Assembly: GCF_964213995.1 (NCBI RefSeq)
Contig: NW_027590226.1
Coordinates: 124,001 to 188,000 of the forward strand
Direction: 5' to 3'
DNA: 64,000 nucleotides
Source of the DNA: Mustelus asterias
Taxonomy: Eukaryota
Shown: positions 52,783-64,000 of the stretch, in pieces
Numbering within the stretch: position 1 is the stretch's first letter
How the letters are laid out: every line of letters begins with the position of its first letter
Program-made: the position numbers and the translations under genes
The notes under the pieces: model-generated
The model's database searches: none
The model's input: the letters and a program-made list of their open reading frames with translations, nothing else
Told to the model about the DNA's origin: nothing

Positions 52783-54026
52783 ACAGAGTAAATAAATACT
52801 AGGAGCAGGAGTAGGCCATCTGGCCCCTCGAGCCTGCTCCGCCATTCAATAAGATCATGGCTGATCATTTTGTGCACTCAGCTCCACTTACCCGCCCGCT
52901 CACCATAACCATAAATTCCTTTCATGTTCAAAAATATATCTATCCTTACCTTAAAAACATTCAATGAGGTAGCCCCAACTGCTTCACTAGGCAGGGAATT
53001 CCACAGGTTCACAACCCTTTGTGTGAGTAAGTTCCTCCTCAACTCAGTCTTAAATCATCTTCTCCTTATTTTGAGGCCATGCCCCGAGTTCTAGTTTAAT
53101 CCATCATTGGAAACAAGTTCCCTGCTTCTATCTTATCACTTTCCTTCATAATCTTATATGTTTCTGTAAGATCTCCCCTCATTCTTCTGAATTCCAATGA
53201 GTATAGGCCCAGTCTACTCAGTCTCTCCTCATAAGCCAACCCTGTCAACTCCGGAATCAACCTAGTGAATCTCCTCTGCACCCCCTCCAGTGCCAGTATA
53301 TCCTTTCTCAAGTAAGGAGAATAAAACTGCACACAGTACTCCAGGTGTGGCCTCACCAGCACCTTATACAGCTGCCACATAATCTCGCTGTTTTTAAACT
53401 CCATCCCTCTCGCAATGAAGGACAAAATTCCATTTGCCTTCTTAATTGCCTGCTGCACCTGCAAACGAATTCCTTGAGAATCCTGCACAAGGACACCCAG
53501 GTCTTTTTGCACAGCAGCATGCTGCAATTTTTTACCATTTAAATAGTAGTCCATTTTGCTGTTATTCCTACCAAAATAGGTGACCTCACATTTACCAACA
53601 TTGTACTCCATCTGCCAGACCCTCGCCCACTCACTTAGCTTATCATTATCCCTTTGCAGACTTTCATCGTCCTCTGCACACTTTGCTCTTCCACCCATCT
53701 TAGTGTCATCTGCGAATTTTGACACACTACACTTGGTCCCCTACTCCAAATCATCTATGTAAATCGTAAACAATTGCGATCCCAACACTGATCCCTGAGG
53801 CACACCACCAATCACTGGTCGCCAACCAGAAAAACACCCGTTTACCTCCCCCCCCCTCCCTCTTTGCTTTCTGTTAGTTAACCAATCCTCTATCCATTCT
53901 AATACGTTATCCGTAACACTGTGCACCTTTATCTCATGTAGCAGTCTTTGGTGCGGCACCTTGTCAAATACCATCTGGAAATCCAGATACACCACATCCA
54001 CAGGTTGCCCATTGTCCACTGCACTG
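52783..54026 (-). mobile_element. CR1 LINE inserted in the tRNA array spacer
   Basis: KFADDTK, VRPHLEYCVQF; the array unit resumes after ATTT (52779-52782 / 54027-54030). Confidence 0.94.
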
Positions 54027-54354
54027 ATTTCCTCTCGTTCAGTTATAGTAGCACTTGTGTCTGTCTTTTTGAGCACGCACTACTATTCCGGATGTTTCAG
54101 ATGGTGATTAACTATGTTAGTCTGCACGTAAACCACATTAAAGTCTGCTGAGGAATGAACGAGGTGCCAATATGTGCACATTTTCAAAATAGAAACGCTT
54201 CCTTCCTGTCAGTGCGTCAAAAGGAAATCAGCATTTCGGATTCTGCAGTAAGAATTTGAGGCCGAGGTCAGATCAAAGATAAAATGGCTGCAATATCCAG
54301 ATTCGTAAAACATTCAGCAACAAGCTGAAATCATACATGTGAAAGCTTAATGAA

Positions 54355-54426
54355 TGCTTCTGTCCATTTCGAACCGGGAATCTTTCGCGTGTGAAGCAAA
54401 CGTGATAACCACTGCACGACAGAAAC
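54355..54426 (-). tRNA. tRNA-Val(CAC), best preserved copy but probably a pseudogene
   Basis: GTTTCTGTCGTGCAGTGGTTATCACGTTTGCTTCACACGCGAAAGATTCCCGGTTCGAAATGGACAGAAGCA; T-stem mismatches and a 1-nt loss. Confidence 0.75.
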
Positions 54427-55418
54427 AAAGGGCAGCGTGGCTTCACCAATTGGCCTGACTACAATGTTCAACTCCACTCTGTTGCTGCAAGTTCCAATGG
54501 TCAGATTGAGAGCCCATGACACTTAATCCAAGAATACATCCGTGACTTTCAACCTGATATTTCAGCTTATCTTCTGCTTCATAATTAAAAAGAGTTAGTC
54601 TGGCAAATGTCTAAGGGAGCAATGATTTCTGCTCAATCATTAATGCAGCAATCTCATCTTCCGTCGAATAATTTCAACTTGTTATATTCCGTATTTGTTT
54701 GTTATTCAACAGTCAATATCAAACCATTTATTTAACACAGACGTCCTCATTCTGAATTGAACATCTCTGAAATATACAACATTGAATTGCAAACATGACT
54801 GACCAACAAATGAAATCGAGTCACTGGGTAATACTCATGTCATGGTGCTTATTTGAGATTGGCACAATCATCTTTTAAACGAAATCAAACATCTTTCAAG
54901 GGAAACAAATCAAGAATAATCTGTTAGTGATATTTGATCCCATTTTATTCTGTGTGCAAAACATTCTGGCGCCTAAATGTCGTTCATCTGTCAGAGGTCC
55001 AGTGGGTCTGCCCTGATTCTCGATTTCCTCATCTGTCTGAGTGTTTTTTTTTCCTATTTCTCTACCGTGAAGAACAATTTTAAAAATATGTTTCTTTGAA
55101 ACGTGCGCCATTCCCTCCAGTTCAGTTACAATTTCACTTGTGTCTGGCTTTATGAGCACACAATACTATTAGACGTGTTTCAGACGGTGTTTCATATGTT
55201 AGTCTGCATCTATAAACCCATTTAATTCTCTTGTGGACTGAAGGAGTTGCGAATATCTGTACAAACAAGACAAAATTTATTTCCTGCCATTGCGTCCTCA
55301 AATTCAGCATTTCCTGTTTTCCTATAAGCATTTGAGTTGATGTAAAATTCGCCTAATGCAGCGCAATGAACTTAAATCATGCAGATTTCGCACACACTTA
55401 ATGAGAAAGATCCAACAG

Positions 55419-55494
55419 TGTTTCGGCCCTGTTTCGAACTTCCATCCACTTATCGCATAAATGGCGAACGTGGTAACCACGACACTACAGAAAC
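55419..55494 (-). pseudogene. tRNA-Val-derived pseudogene with scrambled anticodon arm
   Basis: GTTTCTGTAGTGTCGTGGTTACCACGTTCGCC..GTTCGAAACAGGGCCGAAACA. Confidence 0.8.
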
Positions 55495-56507
55495 AGACGA
55501 CAGTGGGTTGCAGCTGATCGGCCTGTCCGCAATTTTCAACTGCGCCGTGTTACTGCAGTTTCCAATGGTTTGACTCAGAGCGCATGTCATTTAAATCACA
55601 TAGCAAATCATTACTTTCAGCTTGATTTCTCAATTTATCTTGAACTTCAAATTATAAAAGCGTTCATCTGGCAAATATCTAAGGGAGCAATGATTTCTAC
55701 TGAATCACTAATGCAACATTCTCTTCGTCCTTCCAATAATCACAACCAATTGTACTCAGTATTTGTTTCGTTGTTCAATATTTAATATCAATACATTACT
55801 TCACACATATGTCTTCATTATGAATTGAATATCTCTGAAATTGAATATCACTGAATTGCAAACATAACTGACCAACAAAAGGAATCGAGTCACCGGGTAA
55901 CACAGATCCCATTTTGCTATTTGATATTGTCCACAGTCAGTGATTAAACAAGGTCAACTATTTTTAAATAGGAGTGATGTAATTAATGTCTGTTAGTTAT
56001 ACGTGCGCCTTTTTCATTTTGGGTGTGAAACATTCAGGTGCTTAAATTCTGGCCATCTTTCGGAAAGTCCAGTAGATCCGCACTGAATCTCGATTTCCTC
56101 ATCTGTCAGAGTGATTTTTCCTATTTCTTTGTAATGAAGAACGATTTGAAAAGAGATGCTTGCGGGTAATGTGCGCCATTTCCTCTAGTTCACTAACAGT
56201 ATCACTTGTATCTGTCTTTTTGAGCACACACCAGTATCAGACATGTTTCAGATGGTGATTAACTATGTTAGTCTGCACCTCTTAATCCATTAAATTCTGT
56301 TGTGCACTGAACGAAATGCTAATATATGCATGTTGTCAATATAGAAACGTTTCTTTCCTGTCAGTGCGTCAAAATATTCAGCATTTATTTTACAGGAAGC
56401 ATTTGAGGCCGAGGTCACGCAAAGATAATATGAATCGAGATTCCGATAATGTTCAGCAACAAACTGAAATCATTCAGATTTCTCTCAACCGACATGAAAA
56501 ATCTTAA

Positions 56508-56561
56508 TGTTTCTGCCTGGTTTCGGACCGGGGCCTTTTACAAGCACTACACTGCAGAAAT
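56508..56561 (-). pseudogene. tRNA-Val pseudogene with internal deletion
   Basis: 5' TTTCTGCAGTGTAGTG and 3' CCCCGGTCCGAAACCAGGCAGAAACA retained; anticodon arm missing. Confidence 0.75.
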
Positions 56562-57087
56562 AAATGACAGCATCTCGACCCCAATCGGCCTGACGACAAT
56601 GCCCAACTCCCCTGTGTTGCTGCAGGTTCGAATGGTTAGATTGAAAGCCCACGCCATTTAATACAAGAACACATTCGTTACTTTCAACCTGATGTGTCAA
56701 CTTATGTTATACTTCGAAATTAAAACGCGTTCCTTCAGCAAATGCCAAAGGGAACTCAAGGAGTTTAAGCTCAATTGTTTCAGTTCAGAGTTCAGAAGAT
56801 GTTGAGGAATATCCGGCCCCAATGGTGATAGGTTCATTCCTATCCAGCAGGAGACACCCAATCAGCTCACAGCTCCTTTATCCTACATTTCATCCAATCA
56901 GTTCCGAGTGTCTTCATTCTTCAATTCATGACGTCAGAGAGAGGAGCAGGAACAATTTGAATCTGTTCTCAGAACAATGAACTGTACAGAACAACATCAG
57001 AGAATAGGGAAGAGGAGCTGCAATGGACCATTTGCTCCTTCACTGGGGCCTGTTCCGCCATTCAATAAAATCATGTTGATTTCCCTC

Positions 57088-58545
57088 ACAGTAAGAAGTC
57101 TCACAACACCAGGTTAAAGTCCAACAGGTTTATTTTGTAGCAGGAGCTTTTTGACCACTGCTCCTTCATCAGGTGAGTGGAGAGTTGGGTTTAGAAACAG
57201 GGCATATATAGACACAGACTTAATTGCAAGATATTGATTGGAATCCGAGTCTTAACAGGGAATCAAGTCTTTGCAGGTACAGGCAATGTGAGTGAAGAGA
57301 GGAATAATGACAGGTTAAAGTGGTGTGAATTGTCTCAAGCCAAGACAGTTAGTAGGATTTTGCAAGCCCAAGCCAAATGGTGGGGGTTACACGTCGTGTG
57401 ACATGAACCCAAGATCCCGATTAAGGCCGTTCTCATGTGTATGGAATTTGGCCATCAGTTTCTGCTCAGCCATTCTGCGTTGTCGTGAGTCTTGAAGGCC
57501 GCCTTGGAGAACGCTTACGCGAAGATCGGAGGTTGAATGATCATAGAATCGCAGAAACCCTCTTGTCCAAATGGCCCATCGAGTCTGCACAGACCACAAT
57601 CCCACCCAGGCCCTACCCCTATATCCCTACATATTTCCCCAATCCCTCTAATCTCCACATCTCAGGACACTAAGGGCAATTTTTTACCTGGCCAATCAAC
57701 CTAACCCGCACATCTTTGGACTGTGGGAGGAAGCCGAAGCACCCAGAGGAAATCGACGCAGACACGAGGAGAATGTGCAAACTCCACACAGATAGTGACC
57801 CAAGCCGGGAGTCGAACCCAGGTCCCTGGAGCTGTGAAGCAGCAGTGCTAACCACTGTGCTCCCGTGCCGCCGTACCGTGCCGTGCCATACCGTACCGTA
57901 CTGTATCGTACCATGCACTTGACTGCTTAAGCGTTCCCTGACAGGGCAGGGAATACTCCTGCTTGGTGATTGTCGAGCGTTGTCATTCATCTGTTGTAGC
58001 GTCTGCATGGTCTCGCCCATGTACCATCCTTTCCTACAGAGCCTGAGGTAGACAAGTTTAGCCGAGCTGCATGAGTATGTACCGTGCTCCTGGTGGATGC
58101 TGTTCTCGCGTGCGATGATGGCATCCGTGTCGATGATCCGACACGTTTTGCAAAGGTTGCCCTGGCAGCGTTGTGTTGTGTCATGGTCGCTGTTCTCTTG
58201 AAGGCTGGGTAGTTTTCTGCGGAAAATGGTCTGTATGAGTTTGCTCTATTGTTTGAAGGCGAGTAGTGAGGGTGTGGGGATGGCCTTCGTGAGATATCCG
58301 TCTTCATCGATGACATGCTTGACATGTTAAAGGCTCCAAAGAAGATGTCATAGCTTCTCCACTCCAAAGGAGATGTTTCGGCTTCTCCACTCTGAGGAAG
58401 CACTGGAGGACGAAGGCACTCTGTCGGCCGTGTCCTGTATTTGTCTTCTGAGGAGGTCGGTGCGGTTTTTTGCTGTGGCACGTTGGAACTGACGATCGAC
58501 GAGTCAAGCACCATATCCTGTTCTTCCAAGTGCATCTGTCAAAAA
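57088..58545 (-). mobile_element. Penelope-like retroelement 3' part (Cys linker, GIY-YIG endonuclease, terminus), interrupted by a SINE
   Basis: CQGNLCKTC, YMGETMQTL, EQKLMAKFHTHENGLNRDLGF; terminus with CTGATGA at about 57165-57171. Confidence 0.85.
57545..57872 (-). mobile_element. HE1-like SINE nested in the Penelope-like element
   Basis: Same family as 15915-16256. Confidence 0.9.
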
Positions 58546-58620
58546 CGACACTGCAAACACTCTGACAGTCAACCTGAGCTGTTGGACTTCAGCTGCAAGG
58601 GCGAAAACTGAAATCAATTC

Positions 58621-58702
58621 TGGAAGTGGTGGGAATTCAACCTACGCCTCCTGAGATAGTGGAGCCTAAATCCAGCGCTTTAGACCGCTCGGCTACGCTA
58701 CC
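58621..58702 (-). pseudogene. tRNA-Leu(TAG), probably a pseudogene
   Basis: GGTAGCGTAGCCGAGCGGTCTAAAGCGCTGGATTTAGGCTCCA..; T-loop GTTGAATT is non-canonical. Confidence 0.85.
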
Positions 58703-59693
58703 ACACAGAGAGACGTGCTAATCATGTCGTTTTCTTGTATTGCGTCTGAAATATGTCAAAATCCGTGGAGTTGGGATGGGCCATGAAGAAATCGTCACCG
58801 AATCAGATGCTCCTCAAATGTGTAGCAAACAAAAAGCATTTCCAGTCAGAAACACATTGAGCTGCAGTGAAGGGCCGGCACAACTTAAACTGTCCTTAAC
58901 CTCGTCAGGCTCCCAGAAAGGACAATATGACTTCCTGTTGAATTTGCTCAGGGTCTTCACTTCAGAAAGGACAGGACACAAGGCGAGACTGAGATTTGTG
59001 CGTTCTACCGGGAAATAACTGGTATTTGTTTTCACGGATTGGAGGACAGCAATAAATCTTCATTTCCTGACCTGCAATCAAAACAGCAGCGAAAGTGTCA
59101 AACTCAAACAACCAGACCAACAGATTACAGCGTGTTTTACAATTTGCTTTGGCCACGCTTCTCTTGTTAGTTCAATTTCCACGTCAGACCTCATCACCAC
59201 AAGCATCACCTGTCAAATCAGTGATGTGTTCAGCCAATGACAGCAAACATTCCACTACAGTTATCATGTTCTCCTACAACGGCCCGAAACTGGGCAGAAA
59301 TATTTCCAATTCCTTTTCATTGCAGAATGAGTGAAAATATCTATTATTCATATATTTGCTAAATAATAACTACTCCGATGAGTATTCCCTGTATTTTCTG
59401 ATTGTTAAGTCAGGGGTCACTCCTTAAAAAGAATAGAAGTTAAGGTTCGTCACAGAGAGAAGGGACGATGGATTAACTGACACAAGGAATGATGGACAAG
59501 GCAACATTGAGCTGGCGATGGTGGAGCACGGGTGGTGCAATGGTTCAGCGTCATTTTTTTCACGACCATGGGCGCGATGGCAGATGATAAGTGTGGAAAT
59601 AAAGAGAGTTTTTTTTTAATGGAAAAAAAAACCTGTCCATTCTAACCTGGTGCCGATACTATTCCGGGCAACAGTTAGCCTGTGGTTTGCAAT

Positions 59694-59776
59694 GGGAGCT
59701 TGGCCGAATGCTCTTAGGCGCTGGACTTAGGGTCCAGTATCTGAGAGGGACGTAGATTCAAATCACACCACTGCCA
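59694..59776 (+). pseudogene. tRNA-Leu(TAG) pseudogene
   Basis: GGGAGCTTGGCCGAATGCTCTTAGGCGCTGGACTTAGGGTCCAG..ATTCAAATCACACCACTGCCA. Confidence 0.8.
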
Positions 59777-59940
59777 AAAAGGGCTGCTCCTTTGTCTGTT
59801 CAGTGAGTGGCATTGTGTTGAGAAGAAAAAACGAGAGGGATGAAAGGTGCAGCGTGACCTCCGAGGGCCCAATGTTCCCTTCCGTTGCTCTCACTATTCA
59901 ATGGTTTTATATCAGTAACTCTAAAATATTAACATCGGTT

Positions 59941-59979
59941 GCTGTGGTGGCCAAGCGGCTAAGGCGGTGGATTTGAAAT
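59941..59979 (+). pseudogene. tRNA-Ser(TGA)-like 5' half
   Basis: GCTGTGGTGGCCAAGCGGCTAAGGCGGTGGATTTGAAAT, then homology stops. Confidence 0.6.
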
Positions 59980-60361
59980 TATTGTTTCTCACCAAGATTT
60001 GAGCCTCACGCACTGCACAGCTCAGCATTCATTCCTTTACGTGAATGCAGAATTAATTATTCATTCAATGGGATCAAAACCTTCCAAATATTCCCGTCTG
60101 TTTTTCCTGCTTCACTTTCGCGTTCCTTCCTTTCTGTTCAGCAGCCAGAATTCACCAAACCTCCAGTCAGAAATGGAACAAAACTGAGCCCAACTGGTGA
60201 CATCCTTGATTCATGGATGTTTGCGTCTTCCCAGGCCGCTGTCACTCTCGGTGTTTGTGTGTGTTCCTCTGTGTGCATCAATGTGATTCACTTCCCCAAG
60301 AGGGTAAACACATTTTTGCCATCACCAACTGTATTCATCTATTCATATGCTAAATGGCAAT

Positions 60362-61042
60362 TAGAACATAGAACATAGAACAGTACAGCACAGAACAGGC
60401 CCTTCGGCCCACGATGTTGTGCCGAGCTTTATCTGAAACCATGATCAAGCTATCCCACTCCCTATCATCCTGGTGTGCTCCATGTGCCTATCCAATAACC
60501 GCTTAAATGTTCCTAAAGTGTCTGACTCCACTATCACTGCAGGCAGTCCATTCCACACCCCAACCACTCTCTGCGTAAAGAACCTACCTCTGATATCCTT
60601 CCTGTATCTCCCACCACGAACCCTATAGTTATGCGCCCTTGTAATAGCTCCATCCACCCGAGGAAATAGTCTTTGAACGTTCACTCTATCTATCCCCTTC
60701 ATCATTTTATAAACCTCTATTAAGTCTCCCCTCAGCCTCCTCCGCTCCAGAGAGAACAGCCCTAGCTCCCTCAACCTTTCCTCATAAGACCTACCCTCCA
60801 AACCGGGCAGCATCCCGGTAAATCTCCTCTGCACTCTTTCCAGCGCTTCCACATCCTTCTTATAGTGAGGTGACCAGAACTGCACACAATATTCCAAATG
60901 TGGTCTCACCAAGGTCCTGTACAGTTGCAGCATAACCCCACGGCTCTTAAACTCCAACCCCCTGTTAATAAAAGCTAACACACTATAGGCCTTCTTCACA
61001 GCTCTGTCCACTTGAGTGGCAACCTTTAGAGATCTGTGGATA
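60362..61042 (-). mobile_element. Young CR1 LINE 3' part (open frame)
   Basis: VRPHLEYCVQFWSPHY..GLFSLERRRLRGDLIEVYK; (tagaaca)n tail. Confidence 0.95.
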
Positions 61043-61774
61043 TGAATTAGTACAGAAAATAACAACATGTTTGAAAGTTGCGAGAAAAATTGACTAATCC
61101 TGGCTTTTGTTTGAGTGGCGATTGCTTATGGACTCAGTGTCCATATGTTACACACCAGAGTATGATTGAAATTTTCACTGATCAACATTTAAACAGATAG
61201 TGGATTCATTCGGTGTGATGGTGGGTTCCAGTTCGATGTCTGCAATCACAGCATCCATTTCTAATAGTTACTGTAAACCCAATATTTCTAATGAGTTGGA
61301 AATATACAACAGTATGATCTAATGTATCTCGTTTTATTTGAAATGAATATTGATAGATCAAATTGACAACTTACTGAATAACAGCAAGACTGGCAAAGTT
61401 TGGACAATATTTCTCCGTTGCTGAAGGACACCAAGCATATCTAATTCGGGAATATATGTAGAAACAGGAATAATGGGAGTCTTTTTGTCCCGGGGCTCTC
61501 TCAAACCTCCACCGGTTCAGTTGGCAGCAAAGTTTCCTGAACAATTTTTCCACAGAAATAATGTAGCAGTTTAAATTCAGGCCTTTCACTACCTGGATCC
61601 AATTCAATTCCTAGTGTCGATGCTGTGCTAATTGTTCTAATTCACACTCCTTTACTGGTTTGAAAAGAGTCATGTTGCACTCGGAACCTTAACTGTCTGT
61701 CTTGCTCCACATTTGCTGCAAGCCCTGCTGAGAACGTCCAGTATTTTCTGTTTTTAATCCTAACATGAACCTTT

Positions 61775-62450
61775 GGAGGAGGAGCAGACCACTCGCTCTA
61801 TCGAGATTCTTCCACTATTCAATACCATCATTGCTGATATTGGGCTACAACTTAGTATTTCCACCAGGTCCCCATATCCCTGAATTCCCCAAGAGACCAG
61901 AAACCTGTTTATCCCAACCTTAGTGTGCTCGATGATGGGGCTCGATGATAACTGTCAGGTACAGAGAATGCCAAAAACTTTCAGCACTTTGAGTGAAGTA
62001 ATTTCTCCTTTTCTTAGCCCTAAATGATCAGCCCCTTATCTGTGCTGCAGTGGGTTAGATTCCCCGACCAGCAGAAAAAAAATTTCAGCCTCCATCTTAT
62101 CAAACCAAAATCAGAGTCATGTAGGTTTAAAGGGATCGCCTCTTATTCTTCTAAACTCCAGAGAATTTCAGCACAATTTACTCAGCCTCGCATCACAGGA
62201 CAACTCCCTTACCCCAGGGAACAATCTGGCGAACCTTTACTTTACTGTTTCCAATGCAAGCATATCCTTTTTAAAATGTGACTATCATATCTGCACAGAA
62301 TATTCAACATGTGGTCTCAACAAAATCCTGTACAACAGCAGCAACACCTGGTTATTCTTGGACTCCAGTCTGCCGGCAATGAAGACCAAAATGTAATTTC
62401 CTTTCCAATTATGTGCTGCACCTACATGCTAACGTCATACATTCTTTGTA
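61775..62450 (-). mobile_element. Diverged CR1 LINE 3' part
   Basis: Homologous to the 3' ends at 52800-53400 and 29490-30100. Confidence 0.7.
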
Positions 62451-62651
62451 TAAACGCATCTATTCTATTCTCAATATCAACACTTACATTTTTGAGCTCT
62501 TCAAATATGTCCTGCTCTTTCTATTTTTACGGAGAAGAGAATATCTATTCACTTTCCAAAATTGCACCGATCTGCCCCGACACTCATCAAAGCTCTCTCT
62601 TTCGTTTCCCAGTTTCTTCCCGAAAACTTCTTGCAGCTAAACTTTGCCTGC

Positions 62652-62724
62652 AGGCTCCAGCTAGAAGTGAACTCACGACTTTTGGTTTTCAAGACGAATG
62701 TTCTAACCACTGAGCTATGGGGCT
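62652..62724 (-). pseudogene. tRNA-Thr(TGT)-derived pseudogene; anticodon now reads TGA
   Basis: AGCCCCATAGCTCAGTGGTTAGAACATTCGTCTTGAAAACCAAAAGTCGTGAGTTCACTTCTAGCTGGAGCCT. Confidence 0.8.
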
Positions 62725-63228
62725 AAATACTGGAAACTGCTCGCAGTACGTGCAGTATTATCAGTGGATTGAGATACAGGATGGGGTTTGAGGTCGGAGA
62801 TTTTTGATGAATATGGAATTGCCTGAGGTGGAGAGCAGTAAGTTAAAAGACGCAACTTGAAAATGACATGATTGGACATGGATGCTGTGTGTGTATCTGA
62901 CATGTATGTTGTGCGTGTCGTGCAATTCTTCTTCAGAGTTTATCGTTCGTGTTACATCTTTGACTTTTCCTGCTCCGATGAAAGTTCATCCAGCTGGAAG
63001 ATTTAGACGTTGCTCCCTTCACAGGCGCTGTGAGTCGTGTTTTCATTAAATGAAGAATTGAAGGAAAGGTTATTCATTCCGTGACTGGAAATTGAAACGC
63101 CGATCCTGATCACTGGACCCTCAGTGACGCTGATGTGAGAGATCTGCAATGAGTTGATCATCTCTGTACCCATTGCTTTATTTCCAATAACTTTCAATAA
63201 AAAAGTCACAATGAAGAATAAGGGGAAG

Positions 63229-63290
63229 CATACGTGACAGGATTTGAACCTTAGTTAGAAAATCCCAATCTATCTCCTGGGCCGGGACTA
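63229..63290 (-). pseudogene. Heavily decayed tRNA-Ser-like relic
   Basis: On +: caggatttgaacct..cccaat..ggcc.gactac resembles the reverse complement of tRNA-Ser with a deletion. Confidence 0.35.
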
Positions 63291-63665
63291 CAGCCTCAAT
63301 GTTTGCAACCCTGTTGTTTATATCGGCCATTCAGCCTGTGTTCCCATTTGTATCCACTATCGGAACAACTCCACTCCTTCCAGTTTTGACAAAGGATGGT
63401 CTGCACTCGAAACGCCAGCTCTCTTCTCTCATAATAGATGCTGCCAGGCTTGATGAGATTTTCCAGCATTTTCCCTTTTTGTTTCCGATTCCAGCATCTA
63501 CAGTAATTTGCTCCACTCCTTCCACAAACGTTCCTCTACCTCAACAACTGTTTACATTGGTATGTGTCCCCTATTTCCTCCTGCCAAAAAAGGACACGGT
63601 ACAAACTCCTGCATTCAATCTGAACTGCTGGACTTCAGCTGCAGAGAGAAAACTCAAACCCATTT

Positions 63666-63745
63666 TAGCAGTGCCTGGATTCAAAACCACAGCTACCACA
63701 GAAACTGGGTCTGGCCACCGGTTTAAACTGCTCCGCAACGCTACC
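63666..63745 (-). pseudogene. Decayed tRNA-Leu relic; flank paralogous to 58550-58702
   Basis: GGTAGCGTTGCGGAGCAGTTTAAACCG..; shared flank ctg.tggacttcagctgca. Confidence 0.65.
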
Positions 63746-64000
63746 ACGTAGCCATCCTGTCCTTTACTAATAACGGTACTGAAATTCATTAGCAGCAAAG
63801 GATCTGAGCAAGGCCATCAGTCGGCTTGAGCCTGCTCCTTCACTGAATCAATTCATCCTGAACTGTGTAACAAATAGATATCACATCCAGTAAGAAACAG
63901 AATGAGAGACAATGAAGGACTGGCAGCATTTAAACTGCCCTGAACCTTGTCTGGTTCACAATATCCTATCAGAAATTACAAGAAACCCTCCTGTTGAATT

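Larger units (their letters stand above)
50915..56750. repeat. Tandem array, ~1.06-1.10-kb unit, about 5 copies, each carrying a tRNA-Val pseudogene
   Basis: Spacer motifs (gaattgcaaacataactgaccaacaaa, ctaagggagcaatgatttc, atgttagtctg) recur at ~1.1-kb intervals. Confidence 0.92.

Noticed and set aside
50915-56750. CRISPR-like or other prokaryotic defence array
   Set aside because: Vertebrate DNA; units are ~1.1 kb with homologous spacers and tRNA relics; no cas genes

Overview
Eukaryotic, repeat-rich DNA from a cartilaginous fish, most likely a shark. The assignment rests on the Ig gene layout and on CR1 LINEs, HE1-like tRNA-derived SINEs and Penelope-like elements. The main gene is an intact, unrearranged immunoglobulin heavy-chain (IgM-type) minicluster on the minus strand: leader (7311-7356), VH (6873-7177), D1 (6421-6434), D2 (6043-6054) and JH (5601-5648). 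Its RSS spacers are 23 / 12-22 / 12-12 / 23. I found no constant exon in the window, so these must lie beyond position 1. About 14 kb upstream is an orphan VH pseudogene (20715-21215) heading a diverged tandem copy of the cluster's 5' flank (about 7-20.7 kb vs 20.7-33 kb). The right third holds a ~1.1-kb-period array of five decayed tRNA-Val genes, scattered Leu/Ser/Thr tRNA pseudogenes and a Penelope-like element. Most ORFs in the supplied track are retroelement fragments or spurious. I see no clearly new biological system. The best leads are CTCF-like motifs on both sides of the V-D-D-J unit, the orphan pseudo-V, and hammerhead-bearing Penelope termini. All coordinates and alignments were read by eye.
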